DNA of 64,000 nucleotides. It comes from Macrostomum lignano. Its lineage: Eukaryota. This document shows positions 30,141 to 53,184 of this stretch, piece by piece. Position 1 is the first letter of the stretch. Each line of letters opens with the position of its first letter. The stretch is from assembly GCA_002269645.1 (NCBI GenBank), contig NIVC01000352.1, forward strand, positions 372,001 to 436,000. The letters are read 5' to 3'. Made by a program: the position numbers and the translations under genes. The notes under the pieces are model-generated. The model saw only the letters and a program-made list of their open reading frames with translations. It did not search any database and was not told the origin of the DNA.

Positions 30141-31451
30141 GCGACTGCATGTACAGGCAGGAATTCACTTTGTTGCCGCAGGTGCTATATTTTGGCGCCC
30201 AGAAACAAAATTATTGATTTCCACAACGGGTTACAAGGTGGGGTGGGGCCGGACAAAGCATTGGCATGTCGAAAATTATTGCCCCAAATTATACATGTTG
30301 GGGTTACATTCTTTAATTTTAAATCTACATAAATAACCTATGTCAACCGAGGTAAATGTACATATTTACATGTACAGTTGCAAATGCTAAATAATCTATC
30401 GCAGATAAAGTCAAATTAGGCAACGTATTTAGTCATACCGGTATTGTACCATGTATAGTCTAGACGAAATTTATTTAAGCAATTTTTATTGAAAGTTACA
30501 CCGCTCAATTAAATTTTTCTTAGCTCGATAGCATATATAATCAATAAATTAGCAATTAGAATAGCAAAATAATGAAAGCAGGGGCAAAATCAAATTTGCG
30601 AAAATCAACAGAAGAAAAAGAAATTTTACTGACAATCCGAAAGCAACAAGTCAGTTTGCAATCCAATAGTCGATCTGTGTCTAATTAAAAATATGGTATT
30701 TGATAAATATATATTCCATTCCATGTAGTGATTTACCAACTAGGATAACAAAGAATAAAAGTCGTACGGCCAGACTGCGATGGGATGTAAATTGTGGCCA
30801 CAGAAAATCATTAAGACTAAAAGTACGAAGCACATTTTATGAAAGGTTTTTAACAAAGAACTGATCAATCACGGTCAGCAACCAGATCAGTCAGAATGAA
30901 TAACATAATTTATACCACCTTAATTAAAACTATAAAGATGCCATGCGGAAAGTTTTATAGCAAACAAGAATGGCAGAACGTATCGCCTTAAAACTACGCG
31001 TATATTGTAACAAATGATATATGCTCGTATTATTGATTGGCGAGAATGGCGCAAACTGCATTCTATATATATTTATGTTTGCGCATTGGATGCATATTCA
31101 GGGCGTTTGAGCTCTCAAAACTGCCGTTAGCGCGCGTGTGACCAGACACTGGCCGACGGGCCAACTAACAAATCATTGATGGTCACAATAATAATAATAG
31201 TAATAAAGATAGAAATAATAAAGAAATAAGAAAATAAAGATTGAACGCGCGATTACGGACCAATGGCCAGCCAAAATGAGCCAATGTCTAAGCTGTCCAG
31301 TGCTTGCAGGGCCGAGACTGAACAGCGCTGATCGGGTGGAATGGGCGATGCGAGAGCTGGGGCAAGCAAAAATAATTGTCATATCCTCAACTATCACAAT
31401 GAAACTCGGGAAAGGGGGTCTGGACGGCGGGCGGAGGCGGTTCAGCGCTTA

Positions 31452-34400
31452 TCAAAAGAACTTTGAATTGTCGAAGGCCTCATTGTCGATGCCGCCGCTG
31501 CGGCTGGAGCCTTGAACTGCTTCGACGATGCCACTGACTTCGCCGCCAGTGCTAGGCGATGGGCCTTCTATCGATTGCGAGTCGTCACCGTCAGGACCAG
31601 CCATGGGCAGCTCTAAAAACTCCCGCTCGGCAACGGGGATCTCAGACGGAGGGCTGTTCACTGTCACATCGTCGACTTTTGATGTCGGACGGGTCGACGA
31701 TTCAGCTTCGGCGTTGACCGGCGCTGACGCCACGGTGTTACTATCAATGTTGATATCCTCGACGTTGACAGACGGCTGGCCGAGGTACCTGCGAAGTGTC
31801 CCGTTTCACGTGCATTTTTAATAATAATGCTTGGCAAATGGCTGGCGAAGCATCGCTAAGCTGCTAATTTCTGAGTCAATGGGTGCGAGTTGAACAAGGT
31901 CTGTCGTGTGTTGTCAAGTGTGCTCTCCTAGTATAGAGAACGAATGGGGTTTTGCCATAGACAAATTAGGTGGAGAAAAAATCAAATTCCTCTAGAGAAT
32001 TACTAAACTCACTAGCGATGCGACAACTTTTTCGTTGCCCCAGCTCATTTCTAAGAAAATCGAATATACTGTCAGTTCCCATGAGGATATCCTGGATTTA
32101 TGGTAAAAATTCAACTTTCTATTTGTTGATTGCTCTAAGAAAAACATGTTAGACATGTTACACTACTTCATCTATGGGCTCTGCTTCTCCGCCAGTCATT
32201 TTTGTCTATGGTCAAAAGTCATTTCGGGACCAGTTAGAGCCATTTAAGTTTCATTTCATTGAAGTTCAGGCTATAGACATACCAATCCCCCACTTGCCTA
32301 GGGTGTGAGTCCATTGTGTCACACCTGCTGAATTTGGCCATGGACTACATGTTTGACTAGTCGTAGCAAATGATGGCGCTCGGTTGACGGGGAAATGACG
32401 GCCATAATAAAATCTTCACGCAGTCAAAATGCTTGTAATTTGTATCATGTTGATTTCTCATGGACTTTGCCCTTGAAAACAGTATTCGCTGCACTTGTCT
32501 CTCGCATATTATTAGAATAAATCAATATTCGCAAGAGGGCTGTGCGCAGCGTGACGCAACTCCTTAGGGGACATCGTCCCGCAGCCAGCATCTGCCCGTT
32601 CCGCTGACTCCTGAGCACATGCAAGCGCGCCAATACTGTACTCAGGCACGCACTCACACACCGCTCACACAGGGTGTACAGCAGCCCTGACTTTCTAGTC
32701 ATCAGGCATGTACACTCTCTGTGCCTTGGGGCTGGCCCTTGGGGCTGGCACGACAAAACCAAGGGTCATGGCGCGAGGCCAATATAACAGAACTTCACCT
32801 GTTCATGTCCAGATTGGCGAAGTCGGTCATGCAGGTCAGCACGTAGCTGGGGAAATTCTCCCCTGGCGGAGCTTCAACGCTGAACTCGTCCGGCCCGGTG
32901 GCCGTGTCGCCGTCGCGCACAGCGAAGGAGCCGGTGACGCGGACCTGCAGCAGGAAGCGGCGGGAGGACCGCTCCACGGGGAACTGGCACTCGCGGTTGC
33001 GCTTGATGGCAACGGCGTCCAGCTCGCACGGCACGTGCAGCCGACGGGCGCCGGCGGACGAGAGTGGCGCCATTTCAACGTCCGCGGCTCTGGAGGCGGC
33101 AATCGTTGCCGAGACCGAGCTGATGGCGGATGCGGTGGCGGCAGCTGGGACCATGATGGGGTGCCGGTAGCCGTACCGGCTGGGCCGGCATCTGCCAAGA
33201 GAGAGCGAGTGCAGCGAGTGTTCAGCGAGTTGCACTTTTTCACAAGCCGGTCTTTCTGTTGGCATTCTATGGAGTAGCTTGTTTTACCAGATGTTTGAAA
33301 TGTCTGCAACAATAACTACTTATCACCATGTCAGAAACATTAAAATCTAGGAAGCTTACAAACCTGAGAAAAATCAAACAAATTTAAAATCGAGACGAAA
33401 GTCTATCGAACCCGACCCGACACAAACCTAAAAAACCCAAAGACACAAACCTACAAAACCCAAAGACACAAACCTACAAAACCCAGACACAAACCTACAA
33501 AACCCGACAAGACACAAACCTACAAAACCCAGACACAAACCTACAGAACCCGACAAGACACAAACCTACAAAACCCAGACACAAACCTACAGAACCCGTG
33601 AAGAGACAAGACACAAAGACACAAACAAGCAGAAAATCAAAATAGACAAACATAAAGATACACGGACATGAACAGCTGCCGTTTACACATTAAGAATATT
33701 TCGCAGACGCACCTGCCAGTCGTTCTCGAGCGTTTCCGACGAATCCGTTTAACCTGCGACTTGCCGCTGGCCTCGTCCCGGTGCAAGTAGAGCAGCGCCG
33801 GGGCCCTGAACATCTCGCGCATGTCCCAGTCAACTGTGCGCCCGACAACCCGGGCTCGAACTTTGCGCCTGCAGGGGCAGCAGCTGAGCACTCCGGATCC
33901 GTGATAGTCTGGCGTGAACACCAGCGACTGCAGGTCCACCTCGGCGATGTCGCCTCGGCAGTGCAGGAATGCGTAAAGAAGCAGCCGGCAGATGTACCTG
34001 CGGGCGGAGTTCGACTCAATATATTGCGGTCTAAAAGACCTCTTGTTGGGTTTTGTAGGCTGTTTCCCATTTGAACTTTTAGATTTGTCTCTTTTTGGGT
34101 TTTGTAGGTTTGTGTCTTTTTGGGTTTTGTAGGTTTGTGTCTTTGGCTTTTGTAGGTTTGTGTCTTTTTGGGTTTTGTAGGTTTGTGTCTTTTTGGGTTT
34201 TGTAGGTTTGTGTCTTTTTGGGTTTTGTAGGTTTGTGTCTTTGGGTTTTGTAGGTTTGTCTCTTTGTGGGTTTTGTAGGTTTGTGTCTTTGGGTTTTGTA
34301 GGTTTGTCTCTTTGTGGGTTTTGTAGGTTTGTGTTTTTGGGTTTTGTAGGTTTGTGTCTTTTGGGTTTTGTAGGTTTGTGTCTTTGGCTTTTGTAGGTTT

Positions 34401-37117
34401 GTGTCTTTTTGGGTTTTGTAGGTTTGTGTCTTTTTGGGTTTTGTAGGTTTGTGTCTTTGGCTTTTGTAGGTTTGTCTTTGGCTTTTGTAGGTTTGTGTCT
34501 TTTTGGGTTTTGTAGGTTTGTGTCTTTATGGGTTTTGTAGGTTTGTGTCTTTTTGGGTTTTGTAGGTTTGTGTCTTTTTGGGTTTTGTAGGTTTGTGTCT
34601 TTGGCTTTTGTAGGTTTGTCTTTGGGTTTTGTAGGTTTGCGTTTTTGGGTTTTGTAGGTTTGTGTCTTTGGCTTTTGTAGGTTTGTGTTTTTGGGTTTTG
34701 TAGGTTTGTGTCTTTGGGTTTTGTAGGTTTGTGTCTTGTCGGGCTTGGAAGGTTTGTGTCTGTGGGTATTGTAAGTTTGTGTCTTCAGGTTTTGTCGTTT
34801 ATGTATTTTCGGTTTTGTAAGCTTCTATTTTCAAGTTTATCTTTTCAGCTTTTGTAGTCTCGTGTCTTGTCGGGTTTTGTAGGATGTGCTGTGTCAGCGA
34901 TTTCTGTAGGTTTGCGTCTTCTCGGGTTTTGTAGGTTTGTGCCTTTATCGGCGCGCTACTGCTGAGCAACTCTGGCAAACAAAGTCTTTACTCAAGTACT
35001 TCACTGTGTTTGCTATCCTTGGCTGAAGTTCATGGCGCTCAACTAAAAAACCTAGTCCACAGCACTTGAGGTAAATGTAGTGCATGCCCTTGTCCCTCAC
35101 CTAGCGACCCGCCTGACGTCCTCGGGCGCGCGCAGGGCGCCCAGCTGCCACTCGTAGACCAGGCAGAACTGTCGCAGCAGCCGCAGGGCGGTGCCCCGAG
35201 TCCGCTCGGCCGCTTCAGAGTCGACAAGAAGGCGGCCGATTCGCGAGTTCGGCCGGGCGCCCCGGCTGCGCCGCTTAGCCAAACTCGACCAGGCCTCCTC
35301 GCTGCTGCTCAGAAATTCGCGCAAGTTCTGATCATACCTGAGCAACTGGACGGGTTTGGCGCGGTGTAAGCCATTAGCCATGCATAAGCATATTTTTCTG
35401 CATGTGACAGTACATCTGGGCACATCGTTAGGAAATCGGCCTTCAAACTCTTCTTAAAATTGTGTTGCAAATTTTAGTTTAAATTGCAACTTTTACGAGT
35501 ATAAGCTCGTAAACATTTTACGACGCACTCGCCACTCACTTCCGGAAATTGCGTTTCTTGGTTTCGATTTGGATTTCAATCAAAACCATTAAAATGAGCT
35601 TAATGTACTGTTTCACTACAGAACCTGTTCAGCTATTCAGCAGCAACTGATTCATGGGCGCTGTGCAGAGTGAGGCACTGAGAGAGACTAAGTGAGGCAA
35701 TCGGAGAGTGACTGAGTGAGGCACTGAGAGAGACTAAGTGAGGCAATCGGAGAGTGACTGAGTGAGGCACTGAGAGAGACTAAGTGAGGCAATCGGAGAG
35801 TGACTGAGTGAGGCACCATGAGTGACTGAGGCAATGGGAGAGTGACTTGTGAGGCAATGGGAGAGTGACTTAGTGAGGCAATGGGAGAGTGACTGAGTGG
35901 GGCGCTGGGAGAGTGTCTGAGTGAGGCACTGATAGAGACTGAGGCACTGAGAGAGTTACTGAGTGAGGCACTGAGAGACTGTGAGGCACTGAGAGTGACT
36001 GAGTGAGGCACTGATAGACTGAGTGAGGCACTAAGAGAGTGACTGAGTGAGGCGCTGATAGACTGAGTGAGGCACTAAGAGAGTGACTGAGTGAGGCGCT
36101 GATAGACTGAGTGAGGCACTAAGAGAGTGACTGAGTGAGGCACTGAGAGACTGTGAGGCACTGATAGAGACTGTGAGGCACTGAGAGTTACTGCAGGTAG
36201 TAAATAAATTAGATGCGTAAGTAAGCCGACACAGCAAGATATGATAATGAAAATTTAGAAACAAACGATAACATATAAGAATATTGCACTCATAGGCGCG
36301 TATATTGAATTAACTTTAATTAGAGTGCCGTAGCGATTTTTAAAGCTGGATAAATAAGTGAAAAAGCAACAAAAACAGAAACACACACAAAAACGGCAAA
36401 AGTAGGTTAAACAGGTTTATGAACGACAAACTATTTATTACATAAGTAGATCGCGTAGCGTAATAATACATTAATCTATATAATTGTGAAGATCTGTTAA
36501 GCTAGATAGACAGCCACTTAGAATCAGAAAACTCACCTGATCCTGATCCGTCAGGTGTTGTACAATGTCGATGCCGCTAATATTATTAATGTAATTATAA
36601 TTATAATATTAATATTATTAGCTAGTAGAGCTGCGCAGCTGAGAATGCCTATTGACCAGCATCAGACAGATCTGATTGAATAATTTCCCAGCGCAAGAAT
36701 ACTAGAGAGGGAAGAGATAGAATTGCCTTGGGACGCAGAAACTTTATAGAACACAGTTCGGCCTATCGGACAGACCAGAAGAAGAGAAGTAAATTATAGA
36801 GAGAGAGGGAGAGACTGACTATTCTGCGGTGCGCACCGGTCTGAGGCTAAATAAAATAGGATCCCTCCTCCCTCCTACCCGGCGTTCGACGGCTTACTCC
36901 TGGCTTGTGGAGGCAAGAGAGGGGCAGGCAGGCAGGCAGGCGATAAGGTTGAGCTGAGCATTGGGCCTCAACACACAGCAGTGCAGGCACTGCAGCAGCC
37001 ACCCCAGTACGTGCATGGCCTATTGAATAGGCGGCGGCCAGGAGAGGGGGAGAGGGAGGGAGAGGGAGAGGGGGACGGCGGGGGGCGGGCCTGACACGGC
37101 CGCCGGCGTTGAAGCAT
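31452..37117 (-). CDS. Multi-exon protein of unknown function (~441-472 aa)
   Basis: Phase-consistent exons 36576-36537, 35345-35101, 33997-33713, 33191-32799, 31788-31452. The 5' end is either 37117-37098 plus a 6-nt microexon at 36903-36898, or one exon 37016-36898. No family recognised. Confidence 0.7.
33410..33630 (+). repeat. ~23-25-bp minisatellite (acacaaacctacaaaacccaaag)n
   Basis: Read directly; lies in the intron on one side of exon 33713-33997. Confidence 0.9.
34045..34945 (-). repeat. Same minisatellite in the opposite orientation, (ttttgggttttgtaggtttgtgtc)n
   Basis: Reverse complement of the 33410-33630 unit; lies in the intron on the other side of the same exon. Confidence 0.9.
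35660..36190. repeat. Compound GA-rich minisatellite (gagtgaggcactgagagagact-type units)
   Basis: Recurrent gtgaggca and gagtgact units. Confidence 0.9.
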
Positions 37118-37510
37118 TTTTGTTTCTAAAAATAGCAACTAAACTTGGCTTGAAGAAGAAAAACGTTCCCTTTTTGGGTTCGTTGCGAGTCTTTCTATTA
37201 AAGAAAACATTGTATTAACGAAATCCGTGGGCTAAGTGTTTGCAGAACAGGGCAACGCTCTGTCCATAACTATTAGGATTTATAAGCCTGAATAAACGAT
37301 AATGCATGCAGATAAGAAAATAATACAACAGATATTTTTTATTTGCAGCATTAATAAACTAAAAATTTGCCGAATGATGACGCAAACGAACGAATTTTAA
37401 TCGATTATTATTAGAATACACATGATTACAGCATAGTGTTTACTTTCAGTTATTATTAGTTAAAGCGACAACTTAAGAAAATAGTTTTCTCTTCTGTCTC
37501 AACAGACGAT

Positions 37511-49101
<11,591 letters not shown>

Positions 49102-50315
49102 TTTTGTGATAAAACCTGTTGCTGTAATTTTATGCAAAATAATATGTGTAGGCCTAGTCGTAGTCTAGTGAAAGACGATGTACTCTGTGAGTCTTCAGAA
49201 TTGAACATTAACTAGGCCTAATAATGCACTTTTTTAGAAACATTAAATTTTTTGAATTAGGCCGTACTTTAGAATGCTTAGAATTGTAAATTATATCAAA
49301 TGTTTTAATTAGATTACTTTTCGTAAACCAGGAAAAGTTACAATTAAAAGTTAAAACACTCATATTGTTCAAAAACTAGAATATTTTATGGATAATTTGT
49401 TATATTTAGTGTCTTCTTCTCGTTTTAATCCATCCAAACACACGCGTGAACTTCTTTAACAAGTCATAAAAAGGTAAAATTTTAAATGAATTTTATTCCC
49501 TCAGAATTTTTTCTCCATTTTCTTTGTGGTTTTCAGCGTCTGTTTATTTTAAACTGTATATGATACAGTTGGGCATCCATCTCGGGAGTCGGGACTCGGG
49601 ACACAGGTGGTAAAGGTATTTATTTGTACATGTATATGTAGCGCGCTCGGGTATATTCAACAGAAGTAAAAAATTCTCCATCCCAAGCGAGAGGGCCGTT
49701 GCACGACTTTGATTTATACATAATATCAAGGCTACTTAAAGTAGTGTTCCAAGACAGCTTTTAAATTAGGACGTTTGTGAATGCCATATTGCATAACTTG
49801 CACCATATGCAGACTGCAGTATACAATTTATGTGATATAGAATCAGCCAACATGCATGTACGTACGTCCATGTACGACAATAGCCATAGTCCCAGTGCAT
49901 GCAAGCCCAGGTAACCCCTGCCGTGGTCACTACTACAGTGTATAATCCTGCATGATTTTCTCTGCCATCTTAAAACTTTTCGTTAATGTTCTGTTTTTAG
50001 TAACAAATGTTAAAACATGTTACGTACGCGTAGCTCAGTACGTAGAATTACCAATAGAAAAACAGCTTTGCTCAAATGGAGATCGACTGTACACTAGCTT
50101 ATAATCTTCCCTCTCAAACATAAACAATTACAATCGTCCGATCATATGCGCGAAAAATGTTACAGCCTGTACTATAATGCACTGCAATACGCTCGTCAAT
50201 TATGACTGTTGGTTCACATTGCCGCGCTAGTACAGGTACAACTGTAGCTTCGTCAAAATTGCTCAAATCAGTGGTCTGTAGTAGCGGTGTTAAATAAATT
50301 AGGCGTCAAGCGGTG

Positions 50316-50990
50316 TGTGACGAATAAAGGCGGGAAGACGTACGGTTTGTGTAGCGGTTAAATTCGATCATCTAGAGCCAGCGGCCGACTTCCCTTAGCG
50401 TTATTTGCAGATTTGGTATGTTGAATTGAATGTTAGATTTGGATTGGTAGCTGCTTAATTTTAGTGCGACTAAAGCAATTGAATGCGACGGCTAAGGGGG
50501 CCGCGAGAAGCGGAGCGAAAACCCAGGAGTGAAGGGCGAGAGCGGCGGCTGACTGCAAGCGTATATTTAATTGGTAGGTAAACAGATAACAAACAACAAC
50601 ACCCCTAATCCAAAACCCAGACAAACCCCCCACGCGGCGCGCAATGTACATGTACAAATTAATCGATAAATTATATCGTGTAAGAATAACATACGCCAGT
50701 ACATGTACTACCCAAGGACGACTTAAGTCGTCCTTGGTACTACCATGTAGGTAGAACTACTTTACAAGAAATAATAACGATATGAATGAAATACAAATAA
50801 TAGAATAAATACATACGAGGCTACAAAAACAAAGCAATTAACTGTAACATTAGTGCAATAATAATGCGTATAGAATATTGTTAAAATTTTAAGAATTTAA
50901 GAATTCTTAAAATTTAAGAATACAAGTAGTACGGTATGCATGCGAGATAAGGAAATACGATCAGATGATTCTACGAATTACACTGTCACA
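50316..50990 (-). repeat. Gypsy LTR, ~675 bp
   Basis: Starts TGTGAC at 50990 right after the PPT and ends GTCACA at 50316 (6-bp terminal inverted repeat). No second LTR in the window to confirm it. Confidence 0.65.
50705..50744. mobile_element. 24-bp palindromic transposon remnant with an 8-bp TSD
   Basis: gtactacc + CAAGGACGACTT-AAGTCGTCCTTG + gtactacc. Confidence 0.9.
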
Positions 50991-53184
50991 CCCGCCCCTC
51001 CTCCGATAAGAGCCGGTGACAATAAGTAATATTAAACGAAACAAAATGATAATTGTTGGAGCACAAAAGAACCGAAAATAGACGAATGAACTTATAACGA
51101 TCGACGAGAACAAGCGAACAATCGAATAACAGATATTGCAACAGTGAATATTTGAATGAATTCGGGATTAAAAATCAATATCAAAAGTCAATATTTTAGA
51201 TATTTGTGGGAACTTCTGAACATACAGTATTACAGCAACAGCGGATACGGAAAAAACCAATACGAAATAGTTATGATGCAGAAAATATTTGCTGCTGAAT
51301 TACACGCATGATATAGACACAGTCTATAGACACAGTTCAATACATTGATTTCTAACTACATGTAATTTGCTAAACGGTAACTCGGCACAATAACCTAATA
51401 GTAGTGGCCTGTCTGCCAACACCACACAGAATGACAGGCACACACTAAGAGGACAGCAACACGAGATGAAAATGGTAGCCCCTAGTTACCTAAGAACCCC
51501 AAAACACACGCGAGAAGAGGAAACGGAAACGGAAAAAGAATTCGGGCAAGCCCGGAGGCGAGCCCAGGTTCACGCCGACGCGAACCCAGCCGAGGACCGG
51601 TCAATTCTGACCGCGAGGGCACGCCCACTGAGCGCCGGAACCGACCTCGGAACAACGAAACTAACGAGTGAACTTATATAACAGCTTATCGAACGGCATA
51701 TACCGCGCTAAAGACCTACAAGCGCTGCTTAACTCAGACGAAACGCGATTAAATGACGATGCAAATTAACTAAACTCTAGGACTGCGTTTATCCGAAACT
51801 ACATGTATGAATTCTGTACTTTGTTATCCTGGAACAACCCGGTTTATTTTATTTTTTGTGACAATTACATTAGTTTTTTATACATTTTTAAAAGAATATT
51901 TTTTGAATGTTAATTTTAACCGGTCAGAGCGAGTTGTGATCTGTTTTTATTTATTAAATAATTGTGCTAGAAAATTTCGAAAACGTGCCGTTTTGGTAAC
52001 AATCCTTCCGGATCTAGTCGTCTGTGTCGATTGAGGCAAGGAAATGGCGTCAATCTGTTCTTGTGGAGCGACAGCTTCCATCGTGGTCTCACTGTCAGGG
52101 TCCTCGATGGCTTCTACCGGCATACTGGCTTCCCCCCTAACGGGACTGCCTTCAGCCGGAGCTTGCACCTCGGTGACATCTTCTGCCGCCTCCTCTAACA
52201 GATCGCCATTTTCATCGAACACAGCTCTACCACTCTGCTCACCGTTCGAAACCTCGTGCAGGTCTCATCGATTACTCCCGCCTCTCCTTCCAAGGGCTCT
52301 ATCGGCGTTGGTGGCACTGCAACTGACAGGTCGGGAGCGGCAACTGTGGTAACCTGCTGGGACTCATCCACAAGCGCTAATGACGCACTTTCTGAGACCT
52401 GGAGCGGTTGAGTCGCAGCACTTTGATTGGAGCCGGTGATGGAGCGCGAAGACTCCCAGGTAGATTGATCGTCTCCTCGCAAGCCTACTCTTGACGACGG
52501 CATTCTGGCTGGCATGCGAGCCCCGTACCTGTCCACAACATCTTCATAAGTCTGTTTGCGCACACAGCGCTTCATCCGATCGACATTGTACACATTGTGA
52601 GACGGGTTGGGAATGCGCTCCAAAAAATTTATTCGAGCGAATTCTGGAATGAGTCTGTAACTCCTCTCCGAAATATTTTGCACCACCTTGTACGAAAGAA
52701 CTGATCCTTGATCCGATCTAGTGCGCCGGTTCGATCGAAATAAATACTCAGCAACAGCAGCAGCTATATATAACCTTATTGATCTATATCTCCTAACACG
52801 ACTAATATCCCTCCTAGATATGGACAGTTAAGTGCCTGTACGAGTATGTAACACGGTAAATGTACAAGTCATAGAAAACTCCAGCAGTACATACATGTAA
52901 ATACATGTACACTACAGCAATGCTCAAAAGGTATCAACCATAGAGCCTATATATATATATATATATAGAGCCAGAAAGATGACTCCTTTAACACTAAACC
53001 TTACTATAAAAGTGATGAAACTTTTATCTGCACAGCCACAGAGATGGGAGATGCGAATAAAACTGGGAGAGTATACGAGAGGATAAATCAAAGTCCCAAA
53101 TTCAATCCAAGTAGCTATAAACGTCGTTTAAAAGTTGGAATGGATCGGTAACTATAACTTTGCTTCCTGGGCGTCAATAACTGA

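Larger units (their letters stand above)
50316..52700 (-). mobile_element. 3' remnant of a Ty3/Gypsy element: integrase tail, long 3' region, PPT and 3' LTR
   Basis: VVQNISERSYRL...HNVYNVDRMKR (integrase C-terminal region), TTRSGRIVTKTARF tail, polypurine tract AGGAGGGGCGGG directly before TGTGAC. 5' boundary approximate. Confidence 0.75.

Noticed and set aside
29123-30332. Three overlapping 315-399-aa repeat ORFs (AAGTHFS / APQALIL / MSACGAK)
   Set aside because: A 21-bp unit lacking stops is open in several frames on both strands. No splice or flanking coding support.
31956-32176. Possible old CATAGA-ended element
   Set aside because: Only 11/14 terminal match and 6/8 TSD match; not distinguishable from chance without other copies.
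52940-52972. atagagcc direct repeats flanking (TA)n as another excision scar
   Set aside because: No retained TIR sequence; simple slippage explains it equally well.
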